NCBI RefSeq assembly: GCF_902459465.1
Contig: NC_047082.1
Location: 9,362,001 to 9,426,000, forward strand
From: Asterias rubens
Taxonomy: Eukaryota
Direction: 5' to 3'
Length of the DNA: 64,000 bases
A program made the translations under genes and the position numbers. Positions within the stretch are counted from its first letter, which is position 1; each line of letters opens with the position of its first letter. This document shows, piece after piece, positions 11,831 through 24,480 of the stretch. The notes beneath the pieces were generated by a model. The model did no database searches. It worked only from the letters and a program-made list of their open reading frames with translations, and was not told the origin of the DNA.

Positions 11831-13284
11831 TCGTGTCTTCTCATAGTCCAGACTGAGGGACCCTCGTCATACCATTTCTACCTCCATGGTCATACTTAGA
11901 TGGCGAAGGTAAACACAATGGCACTGGCGGACATTCGCTGCGGCAATGCTATCCAATCGATACGGCAGCGAAACACAATTCACATCACATAAAAATCGAG
12001 AAATACAAATAAGTACAAATACAAAACTGGTGGCAAGGGGGAAAAAAAACTCACTCTGCTGTGCCCAGATATAATAATTCACACAGAAATCAATAACGCT
12101 TGGTCGGTTGTTTGAATACGATTTTAAGAGTGAGAGGGTGGCAAGACGCACTTAAGTAGTTTATACCCGTTTTTAGTATCGCCCTTGAACGACACACTGG
12201 TCTGTTTGGATTGGTAGGTGAGCCGTTAAGGTCAAAGTGGCCAAATGAAAGCATGCGGCTAAAACCCGCCCGGTAGTGACACTTGTTGGTTATTTGTTGG
12301 TGCATTATTCATAATTATACAAATTTCAGAGGTGATGTTGCACAAACACATGCATAAATATGTGTTGTTAATGCGTAGGAAATGAACGGAACTATTTTAT
12401 AACACAGGCGTATGCTTTTGTCTCACTGTTCTAACACAATAATACACCCAGTACAGTACGCTGTAATATTTGTACTATTTATTTTGATACCTTTTCATTA
12501 TTGTTATTGTGTTATGGTGACAAATGTTGCGATAAGTGCTACATCATTGTGCTCCCCTCTCAACCAAATAATGAGTTTGTTGTACAATAGAAGGCACGTT
12601 TCCATGGTGATTTGAATGTGAGTAAACCACCTGACTGCATGGCAAACAAGAGGAAGTGTATGTGTTGGGGGGGGGGGGGTAGAGTTCCTTTAGATGACGA
12701 CGTGCCCTGATTAGTACGAACACCTCTGGAGATGCGGCAACAGCTGCCCCCATCTCCCTTCCTGATGATGTTACCCCACTATCATCACAGAGTGGTTATA
12801 AGACACTCAAGAGTCTGATCAAATAATGCGCCTTGGAGTACAGGATACTGACTAAAGCTCAGCCTTGGATGGATCCGATGGGGGCAAGCAATTGGGAGGT
12901 AGTCCTTCCTGCTCTACAAGTCAGGCTTCTGATGGATGATACCAAAGCCTAGATCCATGAGGACTGCAGTCTATGGGAGCAATCATGTTCCAGCCCCAGG
13001 AGAATGTGGCAACGGCCCCTTAAAAATAGTTGCCTGATTTATGATTCCCTCCATTCTCCAACTAGAGTGTTAATCATCATCAATTCCTACCTTCAGCTCC
13101 CCTGAGTTATAATCATCATCTCAAAATATTTTCTCAGTGTATCCCCTTTACCAAGAGAGGGTTTAAGCCTTGTTTCGGGGTAAACTTGCATTTATAACAA
13201 AACCCAAGATGCATAACACATGGATATAAAACTAAAAGGTAAGCGTAGTGTTGCAAAATACAAAATAAAACATTACAATAATCA

Positions 13285-13447
13285 ACCTTCTCCAGAAGAC
13301 GATCAGAGCATACTGATCGAAACGTCGAGTTAATCCAACGGTTCTTTTCAAAACCACCCCAACTCATTTAGAGATTGTTATCACATGGTGTTACCGCAAA
13401 CTTTTCTATATCTTACTTCCACCATGCAAAGTTTCAAATCCTACTTA
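13285..13447 (+). mobile_element. Putative Penelope-like element terminal-repeat remnant
   Basis: Inferred from the gaaga...cgaaacgtcg motif typical of PLE pseudo-LTRs; no RT or GIY-YIG ORF nearby. Confidence 0.45.
13290..13330 (+). ncRNA. Candidate minimal type I hammerhead-ribozyme motif (variant core CAGAAGA)
   Basis: ctc-CAGAAGA-c-gatcag(agcata)ctgatc-GAAAC-GTC-gag: helix I ctc/gag, 6-bp helix II, palindromic ACGU helix III and a GUC cleavage triplet. Confidence 0.45.
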
Positions 13448-15080
13448 ATAATCAAACCTTATTACTAAATGAACGGCTTCTATGAACTCTCTCGTATCTT
13501 TCATCCCGTGCCCAGCCTCGGCTCAAAACCCTAAGCAGGGATTGTGTGGTGTTGTTTTCTCTTGTGTAAGAAATGTGTGCGTTCATCCGATGTGGCTTCT
13601 AGGAATAAACTTGTGATTTCCTAAGAAGCGTCGATTTAAAGAATAAAACTGAAAATCTGAGGATTATTTGATATATTTTTTTCTTAGAATGTTCGCACTG
13701 TATGATATTATTGTGTTCAACCCTTAACATAGAAACCTGGCTGATTTCGATTGTCCACTTGGCAATAACGCCACGGGGGTGATAGTGCCCTTAGTCTCCA
13801 TTACAGTATTTCTCAGAACGAAAAACATACTTTCAGCTCAATATTGCACGACATCGCCTAGATAACTAGGTCAACACTTGCTCACACTGCAACCTCGACC
13901 TCATAATATCTGGTTCACATTTGTTTAACAAAGTGGACGTCTTGTTTTCTTTGATCACACACCCTGAAAAGAAGTTCCATCTCGACGATGTATTGAGAAA
14001 GGCTTCACTTTTCCCTTTTCGAATCAAAACGCAAATGAGCAGCAATTGGCCAGGAGCACTTTAATTACAGCATCGTTTTTATAATTCAAGAGATTTGGAT
14101 AAATATCGTTTAGAAAGCTTGTTTTGAACTGCATGCCCAATGACCGGGGGGATATCCGTAAAGTTTTTTGGCGAGTTTCCAGGGGTTCATGGGCAATAAT
14201 GTTATGGTGCTTTATAGGACCAATCACCCAGGGGACGGGATTCGATCACCCCGAAGGTATTAAACAAAAATTACGGGCTGTCGGTGTTGTTGTTTTTACT
14301 ATTGCTTGGTTCTCGTTTAAAACACAGAACAATAATCAAAACAACTTCTGAGAAAGAAAATAGTTTAGACTTGGAGGTCTTCAGTATAATTATGCAAATC
14401 ATTTTTTTTGTTGTTTTTTTTTAGCTCGATTTGGTCTTCCAGGAAGCACGTTGTGCAGTGCGATAAAATCAACATTAAGGTTAATTGTTTAGTAGTATCA
14501 CTCTCGAAATAAGTGACATCGATAACTGTTGGATAGTATAAAGCATTTTATATAATATTTCACTTCAAAGTTATGTGGTTATTTATGCCCAAAATGTTGA
14601 GTCTGGGAAACTTTAAGCCGTACGTTTCACAGTCTGTGTACTCATATGAATTATTTTACCTGCTTTGACACATTCGCTCTGGATTTTTGGCGATGTCTAA
14701 AAAACGCGACATTTGATGTTTTCACATGTTAGTTTTATTTTGTACATCTTCATTGATTTAGGATTAAACATCGAACGGTCCCCAAGATACTTTTGCCTTT
14801 CAAACTTGGTTTCCCAACACCCACTTTGTCCGTATTGCCGTCACATTCCTAGCTAGCCGCCAAAAAAAAAGATGTTCCTCACCTAACTAACACAGTGGCA
14901 GAATGTGATACACCGTGGTGAAGTCATTGTTATGGTTGACGAAACAGCAAGATGTTTACCCCGGCATTTTGGGGGTTTAATTTCACCTGCACAAAACCCA
15001 AGCCCTCCCGTCCCATTGAGGATAAAGATGGTCCCGTCATGGTCATCATTCTTTTCCCCGCTCATATGACTTATGTTAAC

Positions 15081-15310
15081 TGTTGTATGTGAAGTAGCAA
15101 ATCACCGGGAAACCACACACAAATACATTATTTTACAAAATAGGACGACCGCTAAAAATAAACATAGGGCAATAAATTTCAATTAGTGGAGAGCCGAATT
15201 AATAATAAGTGTTGTATGTAAATCACAAGGGAACCATAAACAACGATATTTGCAAAATAGGGAGACCGCCAAATATAGGGCTATACATTTCAGTTAGTAT
15301 AGAGCCGAAT
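15081..15310. repeat. Diverged tandem duplication (2 copies, ~100-130 bp)
   Basis: tgttgtatg...caaaatagg..gaccgc...gagccgaat occurs from 15081 and again from 15210. Confidence 0.65.
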
Positions 15311-15629
15311 CCGAATGTCAGATATTCAAATCCCGCGCTCTTTTCCTTCGTCCACCCCAAATTAATTCTTGTTTATGGATAATAGCCATTTTGAATTGTT
15401 ATAACTAGCGTAACCGCTAACATCAGTCACCAATCGGCAACTCATAAACGTTCTTTGTTTACACGAGATGCACTGGTTGATACCAGCATACCATCATCAA
15501 TCGTTGATGTTTCGCTCCTAGAAATATTGCTGTCCCATGATACCGGCTTAGTGCATGAGAAACTGCTCTTCACATAATTGCTTGTATTTCAAAAACGAGT
15601 GTGCAGAATGCGCAAGTGTGTAGAAAGCG

Positions 15630-15759
15630 CAAGTTCGCACGTGCCCCGCTCATCCAACTCAAACCCATGCCGTTGCTATCCGGTGTATTGATATATCCCT
15701 ATTATGGAGTCACGTGATCCGTCAGCGTGGTCTTCTCTCTCTCTCTCTCTCTCTCCCAG
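15630..15759 (+). promoter_or_regulatory. Possible promoter-proximal region (two CACGTG E-boxes and a (CT)n tract)
   Basis: CACGTG at 15638 and 15711 and (CT)n at 15733-15755 in locally CpG-richer sequence; the (CT)n-CAG could equally be a splice acceptor. Confidence 0.3.
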
Positions 15760-16151
15760 TCTGCCGGTATTACTAGCCGTTGTACTCGTTAGCTGAGACA
15801 GAAACTAGCTTCCGATCGCTGCCGATGAATGCTACGCTGCTCTTCAAACCCCAGCAGATGTAGCAACCAGCTATTGACCATTAGACTTGCAAATCGGGCT
15901 CTGGGCTGCTGAGTGAAGATGAGGGACTGAACATCGGGCTGATGCCTCAGCAAAATCACTTTCTCTCTACCTTATTGCTGATACCCTTCTTTTCTGATAT
16001 CTGACCAGTGTCGTTTGTAGCTCCATCGTGAAGGTGTTTTGTTGAATACGTGGACTGTTCTAACAACAAAGTTTGGTATCCGCTCTCCTATGGGCATCAA
16101 CAAGCGCCTACAAGTTTCATTTCTCTACAGCAAGTTTCACCAGTAAAATCG
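15760..16151 (+). other. Putative non-coding upstream exon, possibly of the GPCR gene
   Basis: Balanced composition; bounded by a pyrimidine tract + CAG (15759) and a donor CG|GTATGT (16152); contains only short ORFs. The link to the GPCR is inference. Confidence 0.4.
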
Positions 16152-16295
16152 GTATGTATATGAAACGTTGGTATCTCATTTTGCATTTAATTTTTGGTAA
16201 TTGATGTTAACACTGCGTAGTGAACTCGGTATGTATAAAACTTTGGTATCTAATTTTTTGGATTGAATTGTTGGTAATTGATGTTTACTCTGCGT
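16148..16295 (+). repeat. 77-bp tandem duplication that duplicates the GTATGT donor
   Basis: tcggtatgtata...ggtatct...ggtaattgatgtt...ctgcgt appears twice; GT at 16152 and 16229. Confidence 0.75.
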
Positions 16296-17475
16296 TGACC
16301 ATTAGGTAAAATGTCGGTCTAAAGTCCTTTATGGAAGACTTAATCCACACAGAGATCAAATTATTCTTCCCCGTGTTTCAATCTGTATTAATGTCGGGCT
16401 GTGTTTGCCTTTTAAGGGGAAAGCGTGCCTTTCTTCTAGTGGCTTTTTTCCCCTGTTATAATAACAACGGGCGTCGTGCAAAGGATAAAAACAAAAAAGC
16501 TCTGCTTTGGTCACGAGCTCTGATTTTACTCTAATTTATTCCTTAAGACTCGGCCCAATTATTTGCCGTTGCATTAATAACCGAAACCGAACGGGACAAT
16601 AGATAGTCATTTTAGGACATTCCTATATAAAAGCTTTTTTGTTTATGTAAAAATTATCCACTTCATTTTAGGGATGTTATTTTTGTTTTACTTGTACTTC
16701 TTGCCGTAAACAAATCTGCGACCGACATTTCATGCGGGCGTGTTTTCGGGTGGATTCTCAAAGACATGTTTGCATTTTATCACGATATAAAGCTTATTTC
16801 CCACGACACCAAGTTTTTGCCCATTCACAAGTGCATTTATCATGGGATGTGTATTTTATCAATGGGATGCATTTTCTGTGGAATCCACACTATTCAAGCA
16901 ACAAATGAACTTGAGGTATCGGTGAAGTATTTAATTTAAGTTTCAAGCAACCTAAAACGTTAACAAAGTTATTGAAACCAAATAAACTCACAACAACGTT
17001 TTCTTCAGCAAATCGGTGGTTTTGGCGAAAATTGTAGTCAAGTTATACCCTCTTGTTTTGATCAAAACGCCGTACAACAAATCTGTGGAAATGTCATCAA
17101 ATGCATTCATCACAATGTCTAACGTGCTAGTAACATGGTGTAGTTCACGGTGGGCTGATTTTAGATCGCTGTTGTCGAGTTCGCCGTTGAGCACAGCTCT
17201 CGAACCCAGCAACATTACGAGCGCAGTTTTCTTAAAAATGCGAGGGAAGCATAGATGTGTAAACGAAGGACGCCCAACGCAGTTAATTTTTACGCATTCA
17301 CACGATCGGCCAATCTTAAGTTACCCGTCAGATTTGTCACCGTAGTCAGAATTTTTCCGCGACCAAACCAACGCGTCGATTTTTTCGTTTGCCAGTATGC
17401 AGTGATTATACCAACACGTGCACGTACACAAAGCTTCTAAATAAAGGGCGATATCTTTACATGTTAACTACTTAA

Positions 17476-17858
17476 AGAGAGTGGACACTATTGGTAAGTC
17501 AAAGACCAGTCTTCTCACTTGGTGTATGTTAACACATGCATAAAATAACAAACCTGTGAGAATTTGAGTTTAATTGGTCGTCGAAGATTCAAGATATGAA
17601 TGAAATAAAAATAAAAACCTTAGTTGTCACACGAGGTTGTGTGCTTTCAGATGCTTGATTTCGAGACCTCAAATTCTAAACTTGAGGTCTCGAAATCAAA
17701 TTCCTGGAAAAATTACTTCTTTCTCGAAAACTACGTCACTTCAGAGGGAGCCATTTCTCACAATGTTTTATACTATCAACACCTCCCCATTACTTGTTAC
17801 CGAGTAAGGTTGTATGCTGATAATTATTTTGAGTAATTACCAATAGTGTCCACTGCCT
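17476..17858 (+). mobile_element. AGGCAGTGGACAC MITE, subfamily A
   Basis: ttaa|agagagtggacactattgg ... gtgtccactgcct|ttaa. Confidence 0.92.
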
Positions 17859-18659
17859 TTAATACGTCCAATGGGGGCAAGGGCCTTTAACCCTAGTGTC
17901 ACAAGCCAATATCACTAGGTGATGTCAGCATTTACTTTAAAGAATACCGCAGCAAAACGTATCAAATGAACACCTTTTAAAATATTTTGACAGCACTTAA
18001 TGGCGTGTGGAGTAATTTGTCTCTATTGCTTGAGGAAGGCTAACAGTAACCCTAGAGTATGTGTAAACATCTTCACTCGCTATTAATATTTGTCTTCTAT
18101 TCCGTTAATTTGTTTAAATCAATGATATCTGTAACTTAATAGCCTACCAGTTGAACTGTGTCCAGATTTTGTGTGTTTTTAATGTAAGCAATCTAGCAGT
18201 GGTCGAAATAGACGGTGGTAGTTTAATATTTACACGGTGCAATTGTGTGTTAAGGATATATTTTAATACTTAAGGACAATCGATAAAGGTGATAAGAGAC
18301 AAATACAGTCGTTTGTAATTACCGCGTGCATTAATTCCATTGGGATAGCACTGTCAATTCATTAGGCCAATGAAAAGTGCAAGGCGGACAGTTTTGTTGC
18401 GACTATCTAGCGGCGATGCTGTAACTGTGGGGGCATGGGGCAATAAACTAGATTGCTCCATGGTGAGGGGATTTTACTGCATACGTATACAAAATTAGTG
18501 AAAAAAAAATAAGTAGCCTGTAACTATCTGCCGGCAATATATGATATTTCCCTTTGGGTGTCAATACCTCGGGTGGACGTAAAGGTCAATACCAGACAGT
18601 TGCCTGTATACCGCATTTTGTGCGACTATTTACTGCGAAAGTTTAAATTAAAAAAACTG

Positions 18660-19215
18660 TTTAGAACCAACATTATAGAAAAAAATTATTTTCCATCGCC
18701 AAAGGTTTGTACTGCATCCCCGCTACTAATAGGCTGTATAATGGCAGTACATACAGACCGCCTCGCCGATACCATGCATGATTGCTGCAATCAACACTAT
18801 ACGGATATAGCATGTTAGATGATGATATAGTTTTGGTTGGTAAAGGTAGTAAAAGGTATAACCAAAATTATAGAAAACTATTTTCCATCGCCAAAAGTAT
18901 ATAAACTGCATTTTTCCTGATACCAATAGCAAAGGCAGTTTAAACGGCAATGTAAACCGCCAAAACCATTTTGCTGTAATCAGCGCTATATAGGCTACGT
19001 ATATACCATTTTAAAGTATTCTTTAGTACGTGTTGGTAAAAGTAAAGTAAAAGTATAAGTGGAACCAAAATCATAGAAAATGGTATTTAAACTGCATTTC
19101 CCCTGGTTAAAATATCATAGGCAGTGTAAATGACAATAATAGACACTATACGTTGATGTAATCAGCACACACGGATATGGCATTTTAAAGTATTCTTCAG
19201 TACGGATTGATACAA
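18660..19215. repeat. Diverged ~195-200-bp tandem repeat, about 3 copies
   Basis: accaa(c/a)at(t/c)atagaaaa at 18666, 18861 and 19064, with shared downstream blocks (ttttccatcgccaaa, aaactgcattt, ttttaaagtattct). Confidence 0.7.
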
Positions 19216-20049
19216 GCATTCTGCTATTGGCTCCTTTTTATTTCCCTGGTTACCTTACCGTTGGCAAGGTAAAGAGTCATGTTGACAGTATATCAGTATA
19301 CACCACACCACGGCATTAATCACTCAAGCTATTGATTACTTGAACAAGACGCTGACCTCTATTCGGCAAGAATTGATTTAAACAATTGTAACTTTCATTG
19401 GATATGCGAGGGAAAAAATCACTGCTGTCTAGGTTAGTTTAGTGATTCCTCTTATAGCAGTTTGCTTGCCCTAGGTATTCGATTTTTATGTTGGAGCCTT
19501 GCTTCTTTTGGTAGAGCGCCGATGACAATTTGAAAGTCTGTCTAGTTAATAACGCCCGTCCGTCTGTTCGGATCTTACGGGTAGCGATCAAGTTACAGAG
19601 TTGTTATCCACAGTTTGTCTATTTCATTTCCAGTATTACTATTCTCTCTTGATGTCATACATTCTCTGTTTTTCGGTCAGTGTAGTTCTCGTGTGCTTCT
19701 TCTCGATTGATCACATTCAGCACCGAGTGTCACTCCGTTTGAAATCACACCTTTGTAGACGAAATGCTCCAAGGCATTTTGTAACCGGAATTTCAAATTG
19801 TGCAACTTCATCTTTATTTCAATCGGTAAATGTTTAATACTAATTTTTGTTGTACCCTTAGTTCTTATAGTTCATAGTTCCAGTTTATTTCCACTCAAGC
19901 ATTTAAAATGACAACATAATTATAACATTACAGGAGAAAGTGGGAGAGGTCTCCTGGAACCAAGCTTGTTAGATGGATACCCCCCCCCCCCCAATTAGTC
20001 TGCATACATGCGTATCTATATTTGAGAAAGAACAATTAAAGAATAGACT

Positions 20050-20195
20050 GAAAAATATACTTTTTATACCAGATACACCGACGTTTATAAGCACTGTATA
20101 CTCGATACCTTCCTGAGCTCTCTGCACAAATCACAGTCATACTGCTCTGCTGGGACTCGAACCCACGACCTTTGCAGTGTCATAGAGCAGTGTCT
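20050..20195 (-). mobile_element. tRNA-derived SINE (second family), partial
   Basis: Reverse-strand B-box ggttcgagtccc (20152-20164) followed by non-tRNA body; no complete cloverleaf. Confidence 0.65.
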
Positions 20196-20888
20196 ATGAA
20201 GCGGTAAATATTTGTTTGAAAGTTGTAACTCTCCCAAAGTGGCGCCGTACGGCAATGTGTACCTATCAGAGTATCACCAGCTCAAACATTTGTATCGATG
20301 GTGATCTGCCGTCTAGTTTGAAATAAGAATAAATTAGCCACTAGTTTACATCTCTGATTGCTCATTGTAGACCGACCTTGTCTTAATTGCTCATTACATA
20401 CTCAGTATCTCATTACATGTTAGCGCAAACACACTCTCCAAGCGTCCGGAGCCTGAAATCAATTATATAGGGGGCTCTTAAGAGCTCCTCGGTAATTGAA
20501 TTAAATTAACAAATCTGTCTTGCATACCAGTCCACCAAGAGAGCTGTGAGTTGTACGCCAAAATATCAAGTGAATATTACTTGACATTAGTTTTCATTGG
20601 GTATGAAAAGTGGTTAATGAAAGAACATATTCTAAATATTCTAAACCGTAGAGGGGATGCTGGGGGTGTATGTCAGAAAGCGTTAAGTTGACCGCGTGTG
20701 ACATGTTTTGTTTAAATCTTACTGGGCATTTGGCGGGAATGATGTTAACTTCCTTTGACTGTTCCTACAAGGGATTACATCGATCAAAATGCAGTCCGCA
20801 CGTATTTTAGACAAGAGCTGAGGTCAGTTGAGCGGTTCAAGCCATTAGCTCCGAGTCTTTGGCAAACGGCATCCGATACAATGTTTAA

Positions 20889-21258
20889 AGACATGGACAC
20901 TATTGGTAATTGTCAAAGACCAGTCTTCTCACTTGATGTATCTCATCATATGCACAAAATAACAAACCTGTGAAAATTTGAGCTCAATTCGTCGTCGAAG
21001 TTGCGAGATAATAATGAAAGAAAAAACACCATTGTCACACGAAGTTGTGTGCTTTCAGATGCTTGATTTCGAGACCTCAAATCTAATTCTGAGGTCTCGA
21101 AATCAAATTCTTGGAAAATTACTTCTTTCTCGAAAACTACGTCACTTCAGATGGAGCCGTTTCTCACAATGTTTTTTGATATCAACCTCTCCCCATTACT
21201 CGTATTCAAGAAAGATTTTATGCTAATAATTATTTTGAGTGAATACCAATAGTGTCCA
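20889..21258 (+). mobile_element. AGGCAGTGGACAC MITE, subfamily A, right end lost
   Basis: ttaa|agacatggacactattgg ... ccaatagtgtcca, running directly into a microsatellite. Confidence 0.9.
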
Positions 21259-21287
21259 GCGACAGCGACAGCGACAGCGACACCGGC

Positions 21288-21318
<31 letters not shown>

Positions 21319-21322
21319 GTAG
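21259..21322. repeat. Compound (GCGACA)n/(CAA)n microsatellite
   Basis: Read directly. Confidence 0.9.
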
Positions 21323-21756
21323 CAACATTTGAAGTCCAATTTAACTCAGTTTCCTAAACAACAACAACACCCCTTCTCGTTTTAGTGAGTTCTCATACAG
21401 TGCTGCGACTTATGGTCCTCTCTTCAAGTCACAAATGCATAGAGTCAAGTATTGCCTCAGCCCTCATAACGAAAACTTTCTCGTCTACATTTCTGACGTT
21501 AGATTAGTCATTTAGCTATAGATTAGTAGACAAATTAGTGGAGTCAGTGGCGAAGTAATTTCCCTTCTTGTGTTTACTCAGTCTGTGACGTTCTTCGGCT
21601 GTCATGTATTAATTGGCAACGACCAACCGACAAGGTTATGTTTGTGTTTCAGCTTACACTGTTGATAGAGGCGGCTTGGACCTTCTTGACTTTCCCCGTT
21701 GTGTGTTTGACATGATAGGACAACCTTTTGGCGGTCGGTTGTGTAGCGGAAGTTAA

Positions 21757-22349
21757 AGGCACTGTATATTATTGGTAATTACTCAAAATAGTTGTTAACA
21801 TATTCAATTCAATTCAATTAAAAAACAAACTGTAATCGTCCTTACAAAATTACTTGGTAACGAGCAAAGAGAGCTGTTAGTATGTTAGTATAAACCATTG
21901 TTAGAAACGGATCACCCTGAAGTAACGTAGATTTTTTTAGAAAGGGAACATTTTCTCACTCAATATCCAACGACTCCATGGCTCAATTTCACGAAGAAAT
22001 ACAATCCATCTTAAGACAAAATTGACAGTATCACCATAGTGATTTGTATTGTGACATCGCACTTTACTAAGCAACTTCGATTGATTTGCAGTTACGATCA
22101 ATCTTAACTCTTTGTGAAATCAGACCAAGGCTTGAAGCCCTTATTATGCATCTGAAAACACGTGTTTGTTTTTTTTTTTTTTTTTTTTTTTCATTATTCT
22201 CTTGCAACTTCGATGACCAATTGAGTCAACATTTCCACAAATTTGTTATTTGAAAGTTGGGATACACGAAGTGAGAATACTTACCTTACCTTACCTCACC
22301 TCACCTTACCTTACTGGTAATTGACAACTAACAAAGGTGTCCAGTTCCT
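21757..22349 (-). mobile_element. AGGCA MITE, subfamily B, carrying a nested MITE and a (CCTTA)n expansion
   Basis: ttaa|aggcactgtatattattggtaattactc ... aaaggtgtccagttcct|ttaa; lacks the central palindrome of subfamily A. Confidence 0.8.
21980..22126. mobile_element. Nested ~147-bp MITE with GG..AATTTCAC termini
   Basis: ggctcaatttcacgaag ... ctttgtgaaatcagacc; same terminal motif as 61156-61302. Confidence 0.7.
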
Positions 22350-22783
22350 TTAACATTGTGTGACGCTCCAAATTCTTTCTTAAGTTGACATCCTCCGATT
22401 TCGACTCACCGGACGGAGTAATTAATCCAACTTTTGAAACTCGGTAATTAAGCGTATAAAAGAATGCATGAGATGTCTTTACACGTTGTCTTTCAATCAT
22501 TAAAACTATCGCTGGTTTGTTGAAAGATTTGAAGCAATCTGAGCACACGCTGGATGGAGGTGGGGAATATTATGGACGCCATCTTATAAACACTTGATGT
22601 TGTTGTAAGCGCAGAGTGATAGCCTAATGGAATTTAATTTATATACTGACTCCACTTTTTACGTTTTTAAAATAATGTGGTTTCCAGTGTGTTCTGTTCT
22701 GGTTTGCTTTTGCAATTCGTTTTGAAACAATTTGTAATAGATTTGTTTTAATCGTGTTCATCGTTACGGCACGGTGTCACCTG

Positions 22784-22930
22784 CCGTCAATTTCACCAAA
22801 CTCATCATAACTTAGGATTAATCTTTGGACTCTGAAGACGTAGGACGCATTGAACACCTCCTAAAGTTAGAACGGGTTACTCGTCCTAACTCGAGATAGG
22901 ATTAATCCTAGCGTTTCATGAAATTGGACG
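22784..22930. mobile_element. MITE of the ttaggact-repeat family (CWG-flanked)
   Basis: ctg|ccgtcaatttcaccaaac ... gtttcatgaaattggacg|cag; interior gttactcgtcctaactcgagatagga is related to 61156-61302. Confidence 0.7.
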
Positions 22931-24130
22931 CAGGTTGCACCACCACAAGCCAACATGAAACTGATTTTAATAAAACTCATTTCCCACCTTCATACGTGCC
23001 TCAAATCTTCTTCAATTGTTTTCTTTCTGAATAGCAATAATGCATCGAGGACAGCAGCTAAACATACAAAATGTTTTTGGTAGGGAAACATGTTGTTTAT
23101 AAGGACAAACTGATTTCCAGCAGTCGTCATCGAGAAAGCAATATAAGAATGAAACATAAATCAGGGAAAGGAAGTAAGAATCAAGAAAACAAATAAATTA
23201 AAAGCAAACATTGCAATGCTCTCGTTCTAGTTAAGTTCTGACCTTAAAATCACAGGACGTTGATGTTTATAGCCTATCATTCACTTAAAATCGAACAAAC
23301 ATTCGTTTGTCACGTAACTATTTAACGAAATGGATTTCGTAAATGAAGAAAGTTTAATTTGCTTTCATGGAGCACGTGCATGTTGTACTTTCAATTGTCC
23401 TTTCCAAAGCGTAACCTCTGCTCTCCATTCAATAGTTCTTTCCAAAATATTGTTTTAAATGCAGATTCAAAATAGTTTTGTTATTACGAAAAACAAGATC
23501 AGAACATAATAAGATAACAGACAATATGTTGACTACTTTTTTTCTCTCTGATCTACCCGACGAGTTAAGACCGGCTCAAAACTCAAAAAAATTACTTGTC
23601 ATTGCATGCATCGTTCAATTTGGCATTTATTTTCAGCTCAGAGCCAAACAGAAAGCGTAAGATGGTAAATCAAATTCATTTGGATTCCTCACTGCGAAAT
23701 TTTAAGTGCAAATAAGGGATTCATGACCCGAGGATAGGAAACAGCACACAACACTCCAAAAACATGTTTAGTATCGCTTTGGAGTCTACTGCTCATTAAA
23801 AACCAACGGATGTTTCATGCGCGATTCTAAACCTAGATAAAATTTCATAAACAAAAGAAAGAAAGTTTTCATTACTATTTTTTGGAGTTGTCCGACCTCA
23901 AGAGCGTGTCATAAATATCTGAATTTCTTTTTATTGTACTAGCCTTAGAGTCTGTTCACTTCATAGTGGTACTTGAAGTGATTGTGATACTGTTAAACGA
24001 GTGTAAGGATTTGTAATTGAATCCTTTTCACTCAAATCTCGCCCACAACTTCAACATCTCAGTGAAACACATTAAAGCATTTTTTTAACAGTTGTGATAT
24101 TATTTCCAGTACTGTTAAAGAAGCATTCGA

Positions 24131-24480
24131 ACTTTTTATTTTTATTTTTATTATTTTTTTTTTATTCAGCATAATTTATTTCCATTTCACATATTATCTC
24201 ATGTGCCGGTATCATACAAAATTATGATTTGCATAAAAACATAATACATTCATGTATATAATAGTATGAACAGGACAGAGTTAGTTAAAGAAGTAGTATC
24301 TTCAAATAGCAGTATATGCATTTAATGAATTATAATCTTACTTACGGGCAGGAGAGAGGCTCGTCTCGAAATTATGCTTTTAAATCGGCACTGGGCCAAA
24401 TATCTCTGCTCCAACCACTCCCCCATAAAGGGTGACAGCTCACTAAACAGTTGATGGCTGTTGTGTTAAAGTCAATGACA
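24131..24480 (-). mobile_element. Possible retroposed 3' end with AATAAA and an A-rich tail
   Basis: The reverse strand ends gaaataaattatgctgaataaaaaaaaaataataaaaataaaaataaaaa; source element not identified. Confidence 0.25.

Noticed and set aside
12704-13105. 133-codon plus-strand frame with only two stops
   Set aside because: No recognisable protein motif; frames this open are expected several times by chance in six frames of 64 kb.
16988-17320. Open minus-strand frame of about 110 codons with helical-looking composition
   Set aside because: No family similarity or convincing splice signals; a tBLASTn search would be needed to revive it.
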